Positions 52,703-62,107 of a stretch of 62,107 nucleotides of DNA are shown in pieces; position 1 is the stretch's first letter, and the number at the start of each line of letters is the position of its first letter. The position numbers were made by a program, and so were the translations under genes. The stretch spans positions 62,001-124,107 of the forward strand of contig NGBS01000022.1 of NCBI GenBank assembly GCA_002245135.1. Reading direction: 5' to 3'. The notes under the pieces are model-generated. The model made no database searches and was not told the DNA's origin. It saw only the letters and a program-made list of their open reading frames with translations. Source of the DNA: Proteromonas lacertae (lineage: Eukaryota).

Positions 52703-53622
52703 ATGAGCGCCAAAAGTGAAGGAAGCGTTAATGTGGTGTTGACTAATATGAGTGGTTCATTATACAACTGCTCTTTATCGGCTGGTATGATTTATATCAC
52801 GATATGAATAGGATGGACAAGACCAGAAACTAGAAATCTGAGATTGGGTATTATGAAATATGGAATTGGCAATTGGCAGTCATTTGATAACTGTTTATTA
52901 ACAGATAAAACCCATTCTCAAATAGTGTGTGAAACTCAAAGAATGTTAGGCCAGCAATCCATGAAAAGTATAAATATTATATCAAGTTAATCACTTAAAT
53001 AGCTTTTTATAAATTGCATGTTGATCCCTACAGAGTTGGTAAAGATAATGCTACAAAAACAGATGTATGTAGAAAGAGTGGCCTTATTACCAACAATGGT
53101 CCTACCTTAACACCAAATCAAGTAGGAAAATTACGTCAATTAAACACAGATAGATATGGAGTGCCAAATTCTGATATTAGTGAGATATACATCCCACCAT
53201 TAAATAAAAGTGAATCAGCACCAGTACATTTACCATTAAGAACACAAAAACTAGTCAAATTACAAGAATACAAAGCTGAATTAAAGAAATGTCTAGAAAA
53301 TTTAAGAAAAATCCAAGAATTAAAAGCTCAAGGCAAGGCAGATAAAGATATTCATGTAGGAGATGATGATTTACCTAAAAAGAGAAAAAGAGATAAGAAA
53401 GGAAAGAATTTCTATACAAGAGAAGGCTGTTATTATGGAAATTCTAAATACGAAGATGTAGAAAACAGTGTAGCAGCTAGAAGAGAGAAGAGATCTTGTA
53501 CTCAACATGTGATTAGTATATTTGATTATGAAGAGTTTAATGATTTTGATGAGATTATTGATGATAAAAGAGATGATGATTATGATTTTAATAATAGTGA
53601 TTCTGATGGAGATTATGTGTAA
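52703..53622 (+). CDS. Myb/homeodomain-like p1 (AMTP1) subunit homologue of the MTA1c/AMT1 DNA N6-adenine methyltransferase complex
   Basis: Exons 52703-52784, 52812-52967 and 53003-53622 (285 aa): SLYNCSLSAGWTRPE..LRLGIMKYGIGNW..DKTHSQIVCETQRMLGQQSM..F..LHVD..RKSGLITNNG..YG. This matches the p1 family pattern as I recall it. Confidence 0.8.
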
Positions 53623-53754
53623 GTAATAATAGTTTTATCTTTTATTACATTGTTTGTTGATATTAATGGGAATATATGTAGGTATAAAGAAATTTTAATA
53701 TTTTTATTTCATTGAGTATAGTTTATATTATCAAAAATGTTTCAAATTTGTATT

Positions 53755-53826
53755 GGGGACTTGGTGTAGGGGTATCACGTGTCCTTCGCAAGGACAAGGT
53801 CACGGGTTCGAATCCCGTAATCTCCA
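53755..53826 (+). tRNA. tRNA-Ala(CGC)
   Basis: GGGGACT..TGTCC-TTCGCAA-GGACA AGGTC ACGGG-TTCGAAT-CCCGT AATCTCC A, with the G3:U70 Ala identity pair, followed by a T7 Pol III terminator. Confidence 0.95.
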
Positions 53827-53927
53827 TTTTTTTCATTAACATAAATAAATGAGGTTTACAAATATTCTATTCACTTTAGCCAATACACACATAAAATAAT
53901 AAGAATTATTTCATTTAAATCAATATT

Positions 53928-55103
53928 TTAATAACAATTATTGTAAATTACTTCCATTTCATCACCACCAATATCTCCATGTTCACCCAATTTCGTTCCT
54001 TCTTTTCGGAATCGATCACAAACTTCTTTTATCCAACTTTTATCTTGACTACATTTACATTCACTTATTCGAGTTGGAACTTTCATTATATCATGATAGA
54101 AATGTTCTATTGCTTTGATTGTCTCTCTCGCTGCACATAATTTATCACTATTCTTTATTCCAAATACAGCTTCACCTAACATTGCTAACTTTTCTTTCTT
54201 TTGTTCAATCTTATATTCAAATAATCGAGGTTGAACAATTGCCAATGTTACACCATGATCTAATCCTAAATTCGCTGTTATTTCATGACCAATATAATGT
54301 GTTGACCAATCAACTGGCACACCTAATGGTAATAAACCATATAACGCTTGATTCGCTGCCCATTCTACATTCGCACGAGCTGTATAGTTTTCTCTTTCTT
54401 TCATTACTATTTCACCATTCTTTATTAAAGCTTTCATTAATCCTTCACAATATCGATCTTGACAATCAGCATCACATGGCCATGTCACATATTGTTCACA
54501 AACATGAACAAAGGCATCTACTACACCATTCGCTGTTTGATTATCAGGTAAAGTATAAGATAAAACAGGATCTAATACACTCACTACTGGCAATAATTCA
54601 TGATGTTGAAGGGCTACTTTTCGATGTAGTTTTCGTCTAGATATTACACCTCCTTCATCACTTTCACTTCCAGTGGCTGGTAAAGTCAACACTACAGAGA
54701 TTGGAACTGCTTTACTAATTGGAGCATGCTTCAATAATAAATCTTCCCAAGGATCACCTTCGAAATAAGAAGCTGCAGCGATAAATTTACAACCATCAGC
54801 TACAGAACCACCACCTACAGCTAATAAAAAGCATTTATCTACACCAATTTCTTTTATTCTATTTACACATTTCATTAAAGTGTCAAAGTCTGGATTTGCT
54901 TCGATTCCACCAAAATCTTCCACTGTTCTCTTTCCTAACGCTTTTTTAACTGCATCATATGTTCCAAATTTTTTTATACTACCTCCACCATAACATAAGA
55001 TAAAATGTTTATCTTCTGGTAAGTATTGAGGTAATTCTTTTATGGTGTCTTTACCAAACAGGATTCTAGTTGTATTTTGGAAGTTGAAGTTACCGATTGG
55101 CAT
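53928..55103 (-). CDS. yqhD: YqhD-like iron-containing-family NAD(P)H aldehyde reductase, copy 1
   Basis: YGGGSIKK, LAVGGGSVADGCKFIAAA, VLTLPATGSES, NGVVDAFVH..EQYVT and DWSTH.IGHE.TA..GLDH..TLAIV; intronless. Confidence 0.93.
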   Translation of the reverse strand: MPIGNFNFQNTTRILFGKDTIKELPQYLPEDKHFILCYGGGSIKKFGTYDAVKKALGKRTVEDFGGIEANPDFDTLMKCVNRIKEIGVDKCFLLAVGGGSVADGCKFIAAASYFEGDPWEDLLLKHAPISKAVPISVVLTLPATGSESDEGGVISRRKLHRKVALQHHELLPVVSVLDPVLSYTLPDNQTANGVVDAFVHVCEQYVTWPCDADCQDRYCEGLMKALIKNGEIVMKERENYTARANVEWAANQALYGLLPLGVPVDWSTHYIGHEITANLGLDHGVTLAIVQPRLFEYKIEQKKEKLAMLGEAVFGIKNSDKLCAARETIKAIEHFYHDIMKVPTRISECKCSQDKSWIKEVCDRFRKEGTKLGEHGDIGGDEMEVIYNNCY

Positions 55104-55431
55104 TTGGTTACTGATTAAAGACTAAAGAAAAATGAAAAGATTTTTAAAATGAAGTGTTTTTTGTAAAGTAATGTGTTTTTCAAGATTGTTTAAATGGTAT
55201 ATTTGTAACGAAATGGATAATTTAATGTTATTAATAAGATTTAAAAATGAAAAATATTAATGAATATAAAACATAAGTTCAAAAGTCATCAAATTTAAAG
55301 AATTTATAAAATTATTTAAACAATAATATGAAATTATTCTTAAAAAAGTAGATTTTACTCTTCTTATTTTATTTTATTTTATACATTAACAATAAAAATT
55401 AAGCAACATATAATTCAGTTAATTCAATATT

Positions 55432-56607
55432 TTAATAACAATTATTGTAAATTACTTCCATTTCATCACCACCAATATCTCCATGTTCACCCAATTTCGT
55501 TCCTTCTTTTCGGAATCGATCACAAACTTCTTTTATCCAACTTTTATCTTGACTACATTTACATTCACTTATTCGAGTTGGAACTTTCATTATATCATGA
55601 TAGAAATGTTCTATTGCTTTGATTGTCTCTCTCGCTGCACATAATTTATCACTATTCTTTATTCCAAATACAGCTTCACCTAACATTGCTAACTTTTCTT
55701 TCTTTTGTTCAATCTTATATTCAAATAATCGAGGTTGAACAATTGCCAATGTTACACCATGATCTAATCCTAAATTCGCTGTTATTTCATGACCAATATA
55801 ATGTGTTGACCAATCAACTGGCACACCTAATGGTAATAAACCATATAACGCTTGATTCGCTGCCCATTCTACATTCGCACGAGCTGTATAGTTTTCTCTT
55901 TCTTTCATTACTATTTCACCATTCTTTATTAAAGCTTTCATTAATCCTTCACAATATCGATCTTGACAATCAGCATCACATGGCCATGTCACATATTGTT
56001 CACAAACATGAACAAAGGCATCTACTACACCATTCGCTGTTTGATTATCAGGTAAAGTATAAGATAAAACAGGATCTAATACACTCACTACTGGCAATAA
56101 TTCATGATGTTGAAGGGCTACTTTTCGATGTAGTTTTCGTCTAGATATTACACCTCCTTCATCACTTTCACTTCCAGTGGCTGGTAAAGTCAACACTACA
56201 GAGATTGGAACTGCTTTACTAATTGGAGCATGCTTCAATAATAAATCTTCCCAAGGATCACCTTCGAAATAAGAAGCTGCAGCGATAAATTTACAACCAT
56301 CAGCTACAGAACCACCACCTACAGCTAATAAAAAGCATTTATCTACACCAATTTCTTTTATTCTATTTACACATTTCATTAAAGTGTCAAAGTCTGGATT
56401 TGCTTCGATTCCACCAAAATCTTCCACTGTTCTCTTTCCTAACGCTTTTTTAACTGCATCATATGTTCCAAATTTTTTTATACTACCTCCACCATAACAT
56501 AAGATAAAATGTTTATCTTCTGGTAAGTATTGAGGTAATTCTTTTATGGTGTCTTTACCAAACAGGATTCTAGTTGTATTTTGGAAGTTGAAGTTACCGA
56601 TTGGCAT
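55432..56607 (-). CDS. yqhD: YqhD-like reductase, copy 2
   Basis: Translation identical to copy 1. Confidence 0.93.
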   Translation of the reverse strand: MPIGNFNFQNTTRILFGKDTIKELPQYLPEDKHFILCYGGGSIKKFGTYDAVKKALGKRTVEDFGGIEANPDFDTLMKCVNRIKEIGVDKCFLLAVGGGSVADGCKFIAAASYFEGDPWEDLLLKHAPISKAVPISVVLTLPATGSESDEGGVISRRKLHRKVALQHHELLPVVSVLDPVLSYTLPDNQTANGVVDAFVHVCEQYVTWPCDADCQDRYCEGLMKALIKNGEIVMKERENYTARANVEWAANQALYGLLPLGVPVDWSTHYIGHEITANLGLDHGVTLAIVQPRLFEYKIEQKKEKLAMLGEAVFGIKNSDKLCAARETIKAIEHFYHDIMKVPTRISECKCSQDKSWIKEVCDRFRKEGTKLGEHGDIGGDEMEVIYNNCY

Positions 56608-56935
56608 TTGGTTACTGATTAAAGACTAAAGAAAAATGAAAAGATTTTTAAAATGAAGTGTTTTTTGTAAAGTAATGTGTTTTTCAAGATTGTTTAAATG
56701 GTATATTTGTAACGAAATGGATAATTTAATGTTATTAATAAGATTTAAAAATGAAAAATATTAATGAATATAAAACATAAGTTCAAAAGTCATCAAATTT
56801 AAAGAATTTATAAAATTATTTAAACAATAATATGAAATTATTCTTAAAAAAGTAGATTTTACTCTTCTTATTTTATTTTATTTTATACATTAACAATAAA
56901 AATTAAGCAACATATAATTCAGTTAATTCAATATT

Positions 56936-58111
56936 TTAATAACAATTATTGTAAATTACTTCCATTTCATCACCACCAATATCTCCATGTTCACCCAATT
57001 TCGTTCCTTCTTTTCGGAATCGATCACAAACTTCTTTTATCCAACTTTTATCTTGACTACATTTACATTCACTTATTCGAGTTGGAACTTTCATTATATC
57101 ATGATAGAAATGTTCTATTGCTTTGATTGTCTCTCTCGCTGCACATAATTTATCACTATTCTTTATTCCAAATACAGCTTCACCTAACATTGCTAACTTT
57201 TCTTTCTTTTGTTCAATCTTATATTCAAATAATCGAGGTTGAACAATTGCCAATGTTACACCATGATCTAATCCTAAATTCGCTGTTATTTCATGACCAA
57301 TATAATGTGTTGACCAATCAACTGGCACACCTAATGGTAATAAACCATATAACGCTTGATTCGCTGCCCATTCTACATTCGCACGAGCTGTATAGTTTTC
57401 TCTTTCTTTCATTACTATTTCACCATTCTTTATTAAAGCTTTCATTAATCCTTCACAATATCGATCTTGACAATCAGCATCACATGGCCATGTCACATAT
57501 TGTTCACAAACATGAACAAAGGCATCTACTACACCATTCGCTGTTTGATTATCAGGTAAAGTATAAGATAAAACAGGATCTAATACACTCACTACTGGCA
57601 ATAATTCATGATGTTGAAGGGCTACTTTTCGATGTAGTTTTCGTCTAGATATTACACCTCCTTCATCACTTTCACTTCCAGTGGCTGGTAAAGTCAACAC
57701 TACAGAGATTGGAACTGCTTTACTAATTGGAGCATGCTTCAATAATAAATCTTCCCAAGGATCACCTTCGAAATAAGAAGCTGCAGCGATAAATTTACAA
57801 CCATCAGCTACAGAACCACCACCTACAGCTAATAAAAAGCATTTATCTACACCAATTTCTTTTATTCTATTTACACATTTCATTAAAGTGTCAAAGTCTG
57901 GATTTGCTTCGATTCCACCAAAATCTTCCACTGTTCTCTTTCCTAACGCTTTTTTAACTGCATCATATGTTCCAAATTTTTTTATACTACCTCCACCATA
58001 ACATAAGATAAAATGTTTATCTTCTGGTAAGTATTGAGGTAATTCTTTTATGGTGTCTTTACCAAACAGGATTCTAGTTGTATTTTGGAAGTTGAAGTTA
58101 CCGATTGGCAT
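56936..58111 (-). CDS. yqhD: YqhD-like reductase, copy 3
   Basis: Translation identical to copy 1. Confidence 0.93.
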   Translation of the reverse strand: MPIGNFNFQNTTRILFGKDTIKELPQYLPEDKHFILCYGGGSIKKFGTYDAVKKALGKRTVEDFGGIEANPDFDTLMKCVNRIKEIGVDKCFLLAVGGGSVADGCKFIAAASYFEGDPWEDLLLKHAPISKAVPISVVLTLPATGSESDEGGVISRRKLHRKVALQHHELLPVVSVLDPVLSYTLPDNQTANGVVDAFVHVCEQYVTWPCDADCQDRYCEGLMKALIKNGEIVMKERENYTARANVEWAANQALYGLLPLGVPVDWSTHYIGHEITANLGLDHGVTLAIVQPRLFEYKIEQKKEKLAMLGEAVFGIKNSDKLCAARETIKAIEHFYHDIMKVPTRISECKCSQDKSWIKEVCDRFRKEGTKLGEHGDIGGDEMEVIYNNCY

Positions 58112-58439
58112 TTGGTTACTGATTAAAGACTAAAGAAAAATGAAAAGATTTTTAAAATGAAGTGTTTTTTGTAAAGTAATGTGTTTTTCAAGATTGTTTA
58201 AATGGTATATTTGTAACGAAATGGATAATTTAATGTTATTAATAAGATTTAAAAATGAAAAATATTAATGAATATAAAACATAAGTTCAAAAGTCATCAA
58301 ATTTAAAGAATTTATAAAATTATTTAAACAATAATATGAAATTATTCTTAAAAAAGTAGATTTTACTCTTCTTATTTTATTTTATTTTATACATTAACAA
58401 TAAAAATTAAGCAACATATAATTCAGTTAATTCAATATT

Positions 58440-59615
58440 TTAATAACAATTATTGTAAATTACTTCCATTTCATCACCACCAATATCTCCATGTTCACCC
58501 AATTTCGTTCCTTCTTTTCGGAATCGATCACAAACTTCTTTTATCCAACTTTTATCTTGACTACATTTACATTCACTTATTCGAGTTGGAACTTTCATTA
58601 TATCATGATAGAAATGTTCTATTGCTTTGATTGTCTCTCTCGCTGCACATAATTTATCACTATTCTTTATTCCAAATACAGCTTCACCTAACATTGCTAA
58701 CTTTTCTTTCTTTTGTTCAATCTTATATTCAAATAATCGAGGTTGAACAATTGCCAATGTTACACCATGATCTAATCCTAAATTCGCTGTTATTTCATGA
58801 CCAATATAATGTGTTGACCAATCAACTGGCACACCTAATGGTAATAAACCATATAACGCTTGATTCGCTGCCCATTCTACATTCGCACGAGCTGTATAGT
58901 TTTCTCTTTCTTTCATTACTATTTCACCATTCTTTATTAAAGCTTTCATTAATCCTTCACAATATCGATCTTGACAATCAGCATCACATGGCCATGTCAC
59001 ATATTGTTCACAAACATGAACAAAGGCATCTACTACACCATTCGCTGTTTGATTATCAGGTAAAGTATAAGATAAAACAGGATCTAATACACTCACTACT
59101 GGCAATAATTCATGATGTTGAAGGGCTACTTTTCGATGTAGTTTTCGTCTAGATATTACACCTCCTTCATCACTTTCACTTCCAGTGGCTGGTAAAGTCA
59201 ACACTACAGAGATTGGAACTGCTTTACTAATTGGAGCATGCTTCAATAATAAATCTTCCCAAGGATCACCTTCGAAATAAGAAGCTGCAGCGATAAATTT
59301 ACAACCATCAGCTACAGAACCACCACCTACAGCTAATAAAAAGCATTTATCTACACCAATTTCTTTTATTCTATTTACACATTTCATTAAAGTGTCAAAG
59401 TCTGGATTTGCTTCGATTCCACCAAAATCTTCCACTGTTCTCTTTCCTAACGCTTTTTTAACTGCATCATATGTTCCAAATTTTTTTATACTACCTCCAC
59501 CATAACATAAGATAAAATGTTTATCTTCTGGTAAGTATTGAGGTAATTCTTTTATGGTGTCTTTACCAAACAGGATTCTAGTTGTATTTTGGAAGTTGAA
59601 GTTACCGATTGGCAT
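58440..59615 (-). CDS. yqhD: YqhD-like reductase, copy 4
   Basis: Translation identical to copy 1. Confidence 0.93.
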   Translation of the reverse strand: MPIGNFNFQNTTRILFGKDTIKELPQYLPEDKHFILCYGGGSIKKFGTYDAVKKALGKRTVEDFGGIEANPDFDTLMKCVNRIKEIGVDKCFLLAVGGGSVADGCKFIAAASYFEGDPWEDLLLKHAPISKAVPISVVLTLPATGSESDEGGVISRRKLHRKVALQHHELLPVVSVLDPVLSYTLPDNQTANGVVDAFVHVCEQYVTWPCDADCQDRYCEGLMKALIKNGEIVMKERENYTARANVEWAANQALYGLLPLGVPVDWSTHYIGHEITANLGLDHGVTLAIVQPRLFEYKIEQKKEKLAMLGEAVFGIKNSDKLCAARETIKAIEHFYHDIMKVPTRISECKCSQDKSWIKEVCDRFRKEGTKLGEHGDIGGDEMEVIYNNCY

Positions 59616-59943
59616 TTGGTTACTGATTAAAGACTAAAGAAAAATGAAAAGATTTTTAAAATGAAGTGTTTTTTGTAAAGTAATGTGTTTTTCAAGATTG
59701 TTTAAATGGTATATTTGTAACGAAATGGATAATTTAATGTTATTAATAAGATTTAAAAATGAAAAATATTAATGAATATAAAACATAAGTTCAAAAGTCA
59801 TCAAATTTAAAGAATTTATAAAATTATTTAAACAATAATATGAAATTATTCTTAAAAAAGTAGATTTTACTCTTCTTATTTTATTTTATTTTATACATTA
59901 ACAATAAAAATTAAGCAACATATAATTCAGTTAATTCAATATT

Positions 59944-61119
59944 TTAATAACAATTATTGTAAATTACTTCCATTTCATCACCACCAATATCTCCATGTTC
60001 ACCCAATTTCGTTCCTTCTTTTCGGAATCGATCACAAACTTCTTTTATCCAACTTTTATCTTGACTACATTTACATTCACTTATTCGAGTTGGAACTTTC
60101 ATTATATCATGATAGAAATGTTCTATTGCTTTGATTGTCTCTCTCGCTGCACATAATTTATCACTATTCTTTATTCCAAATACAGCTTCACCTAACATTG
60201 CTAACTTTTCTTTCTTTTGTTCAATCTTATATTCAAATAATCGAGGTTGAACAATTGCCAATGTTACACCATGATCTAATCCTAAATTCGCTGTTATTTC
60301 ATGACCAATATAATGTGTTGACCAATCAACTGGCACACCTAATGGTAATAAACCATATAACGCTTGATTCGCTGCCCATTCTACATTCGCACGAGCTGTA
60401 TAGTTTTCTCTTTCTTTCATTACTATTTCACCATTCTTTATTAAAGCTTTCATTAATCCTTCACAATATCGATCTTGACAATCAGCATCACATGGCCATG
60501 TCACATATTGTTCACAAACATGAACAAAGGCATCTACTACACCATTCGCTGTTTGATTATCAGGTAAAGTATAAGATAAAACAGGATCTAATACACTCAC
60601 TACTGGCAATAATTCATGATGTTGAAGGGCTACTTTTCGATGTAGTTTTCGTCTAGATATTACACCTCCTTCATCACTTTCACTTCCAGTGGCTGGTAAA
60701 GTCAACACTACAGAGATTGGAACTGCTTTACTAATTGGAGCATGCTTCAATAATAAATCTTCCCAAGGATCACCTTCGAAATAAGAAGCTGCAGCGATAA
60801 ATTTACAACCATCAGCTACAGAACCACCACCTACAGCTAATAAAAAGCATTTATCTACACCAATTTCTTTTATTCTATTTACACATTTCATTAAAGTGTC
60901 AAAGTCTGGATTTGCTTCGATTCCACCAAAATCTTCCACTGTTCTCTTTCCTAACGCTTTTTTAACTGCATCATATGTTCCAAATTTTTTTATACTACCT
61001 CCACCATAACATAAGATAAAATGTTTATCTTCTGGTAAGTATTGAGGTAATTCTTTTATGGTGTCTTTACCAAACAGGATTCTAGTTGTATTTTGGAAGT
61101 TGAAGTTACCGATTGGCAT
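59944..61119 (-). CDS. yqhD: YqhD-like reductase, copy 5
   Basis: Translation identical to copy 1. Confidence 0.93.
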   Translation of the reverse strand: MPIGNFNFQNTTRILFGKDTIKELPQYLPEDKHFILCYGGGSIKKFGTYDAVKKALGKRTVEDFGGIEANPDFDTLMKCVNRIKEIGVDKCFLLAVGGGSVADGCKFIAAASYFEGDPWEDLLLKHAPISKAVPISVVLTLPATGSESDEGGVISRRKLHRKVALQHHELLPVVSVLDPVLSYTLPDNQTANGVVDAFVHVCEQYVTWPCDADCQDRYCEGLMKALIKNGEIVMKERENYTARANVEWAANQALYGLLPLGVPVDWSTHYIGHEITANLGLDHGVTLAIVQPRLFEYKIEQKKEKLAMLGEAVFGIKNSDKLCAARETIKAIEHFYHDIMKVPTRISECKCSQDKSWIKEVCDRFRKEGTKLGEHGDIGGDEMEVIYNNCY

Positions 61120-61447
61120 TTGGTTACTGATTAAAGACTAAAGAAAAATGAAAAGATTTTTAAAATGAAGTGTTTTTTGTAAAGTAATGTGTTTTTCAAG
61201 ATTGTTTAAATGGTATATTTGTAACGAAATGGATAATTTAATGTTATTAATAAGATTTAAAAATGAAAAATATTAATGAATATAAAACATAAGTTCAAAA
61301 GTCATCAAATTTAAAGAATTTATAAAATTATTTAAACAATAATATGAAATTATTCTTAAAAAAGTAGATTTTACTCTTCTTATTTTATTTTATTTTATAC
61401 ATTAACAATAAAAATTAAGCAACATATAATTCAGTTAATTCAATATT

Positions 61448-62107
61448 TTAATAACAATTATTGTAAATTACTTCCATTTCATCACCACCAATATCTCCAT
61501 GTTCACCCAATTTCGTTCCTTCTTTTCGGAATCGATCACAAACTTCTTTATCCAACTTTTATCTTGACTACATTTACATTCACTTATTCGAGTTGGAACT
61601 TTCATTATATCATGATAGAAATGTTCTATTGCTTTGATTGTCTCTCTCGCTGCACATAATTTATCACTATTCTTTATTCCAAATACAGCTTCACCTAACA
61701 TTGCTAACTTTTCTTTCTTTTGTTCAATCTTATATTCAAATAATCGAGGTTGAACAATTGCCAATGTTACACCATGATCTAATCCTAAATTCGCTGTTAT
61801 TTCATGACCAATATAATGTGTTGACCAATCAACTGGCACACCTAATGGTAATAAACCATATAACGCTTGATTCGCTGCCCATTCTACATTCGCACGAGCT
61901 GTATAGTTTTCTCTTTCTTTCATTACTATTTCACCATTCTTTATTAAAGCTTTCATTAATCCTTCACAATATCGATCTTGACAATCAGCATCACATGGCC
62001 ATGTCACATATTGTTCACAAACATGAACAAAGGCATCTACTACACCATTCGCTGTTTGATTATCAGGTAAAGTATAAGATAAAACAGGATCTAATACACT
62101 CACTACT
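61448..62107 (-). CDS. yqhD: YqhD-like reductase, copy 6 (cut by the window end; 1-nt deletion)
   Basis: Same sequence, except the T-run at 61547-61549 has 3 rather than 4 T, which shifts the C-terminus. Confidence 0.85.

Larger units (their letters stand above)
53920..62107. repeat. Head-to-tail tandem array, 1504-bp unit, 5 complete copies plus a partial 6th
   Basis: Stop codons recur at 53928, 55432, 56936, 58440, 59944 and 61448. Translations are identical and the spacers look identical. Confidence 0.98.

Noticed and set aside
54119..60656. Repeated 173-aa + strand ORF inside each array unit
   Set aside because: Antisense shadow of yqhD with a non-ATG start and L/H/I-rich composition; it recurs only because the unit does.
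61540..61555. Variant C-terminus of yqhD copy 6
   Set aside because: A 1-nt loss in a T-run near the sequence end; likely a low-coverage error.
53920..62107. Bacterial contamination or prophage explanation for the yqhD array
   Set aside because: It is contiguous with intron-containing genes and a Pol III-terminated tRNA, and has host-like AT-rich codons and spacer. No operon or phage genes are present.

Overview
This is a gene-dense, very AT-rich eukaryotic window. Genes are split by tiny GT(A)T...AG introns (mostly about 27-40 nt), intergenic gaps are short, and many stops are followed by GT-rich (TGTTTGTT-like) elements. These traits, plus nuclear genes for organellar EF-Tu and metaxin, suggest an AT-rich Blastocystis-like stramenopile (inference only). 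The ORF track fragments most genes, so I re-spliced them by eye. Housekeeping genes include a FYVE protein, a DYRK/HIPK-like kinase, a MYSM1-like protein, MPDU1, metaxin, EF-Tu, an M1 aminopeptidase, a CHD remodeller with an FYR domain, a Prune/PPX1 phosphatase, NOMO, a SNF5-repeat protein and URI1 with a MYND finger. There are two tRNAs, Ile-UAU and Ala-CGC. The main points of interest are: (1) a three-exon gene at 52703-53622, whose conserved N-terminus the ORF track misses, resembling the p1/AMTP1 subunit of the MTA1c/AMT1 DNA 6mA methyltransferase complex; (2) a tandem array of at least six 1504-bp units of an intronless bacterial YqhD-like aldehyde reductase next to a tRNA; (3) a 2.7-kb inverted duplication carrying a lidless Hsp70 and a probable GPI-anchored protein, one of several broken Hsp70 loci; (4) two pseudokinase-LRR genes; (5) an unannotated intron-containing DUF2892/YgaP-type gene. 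Several +1 frameshifts, mostly in short homopolymers, look like sequencing errors.
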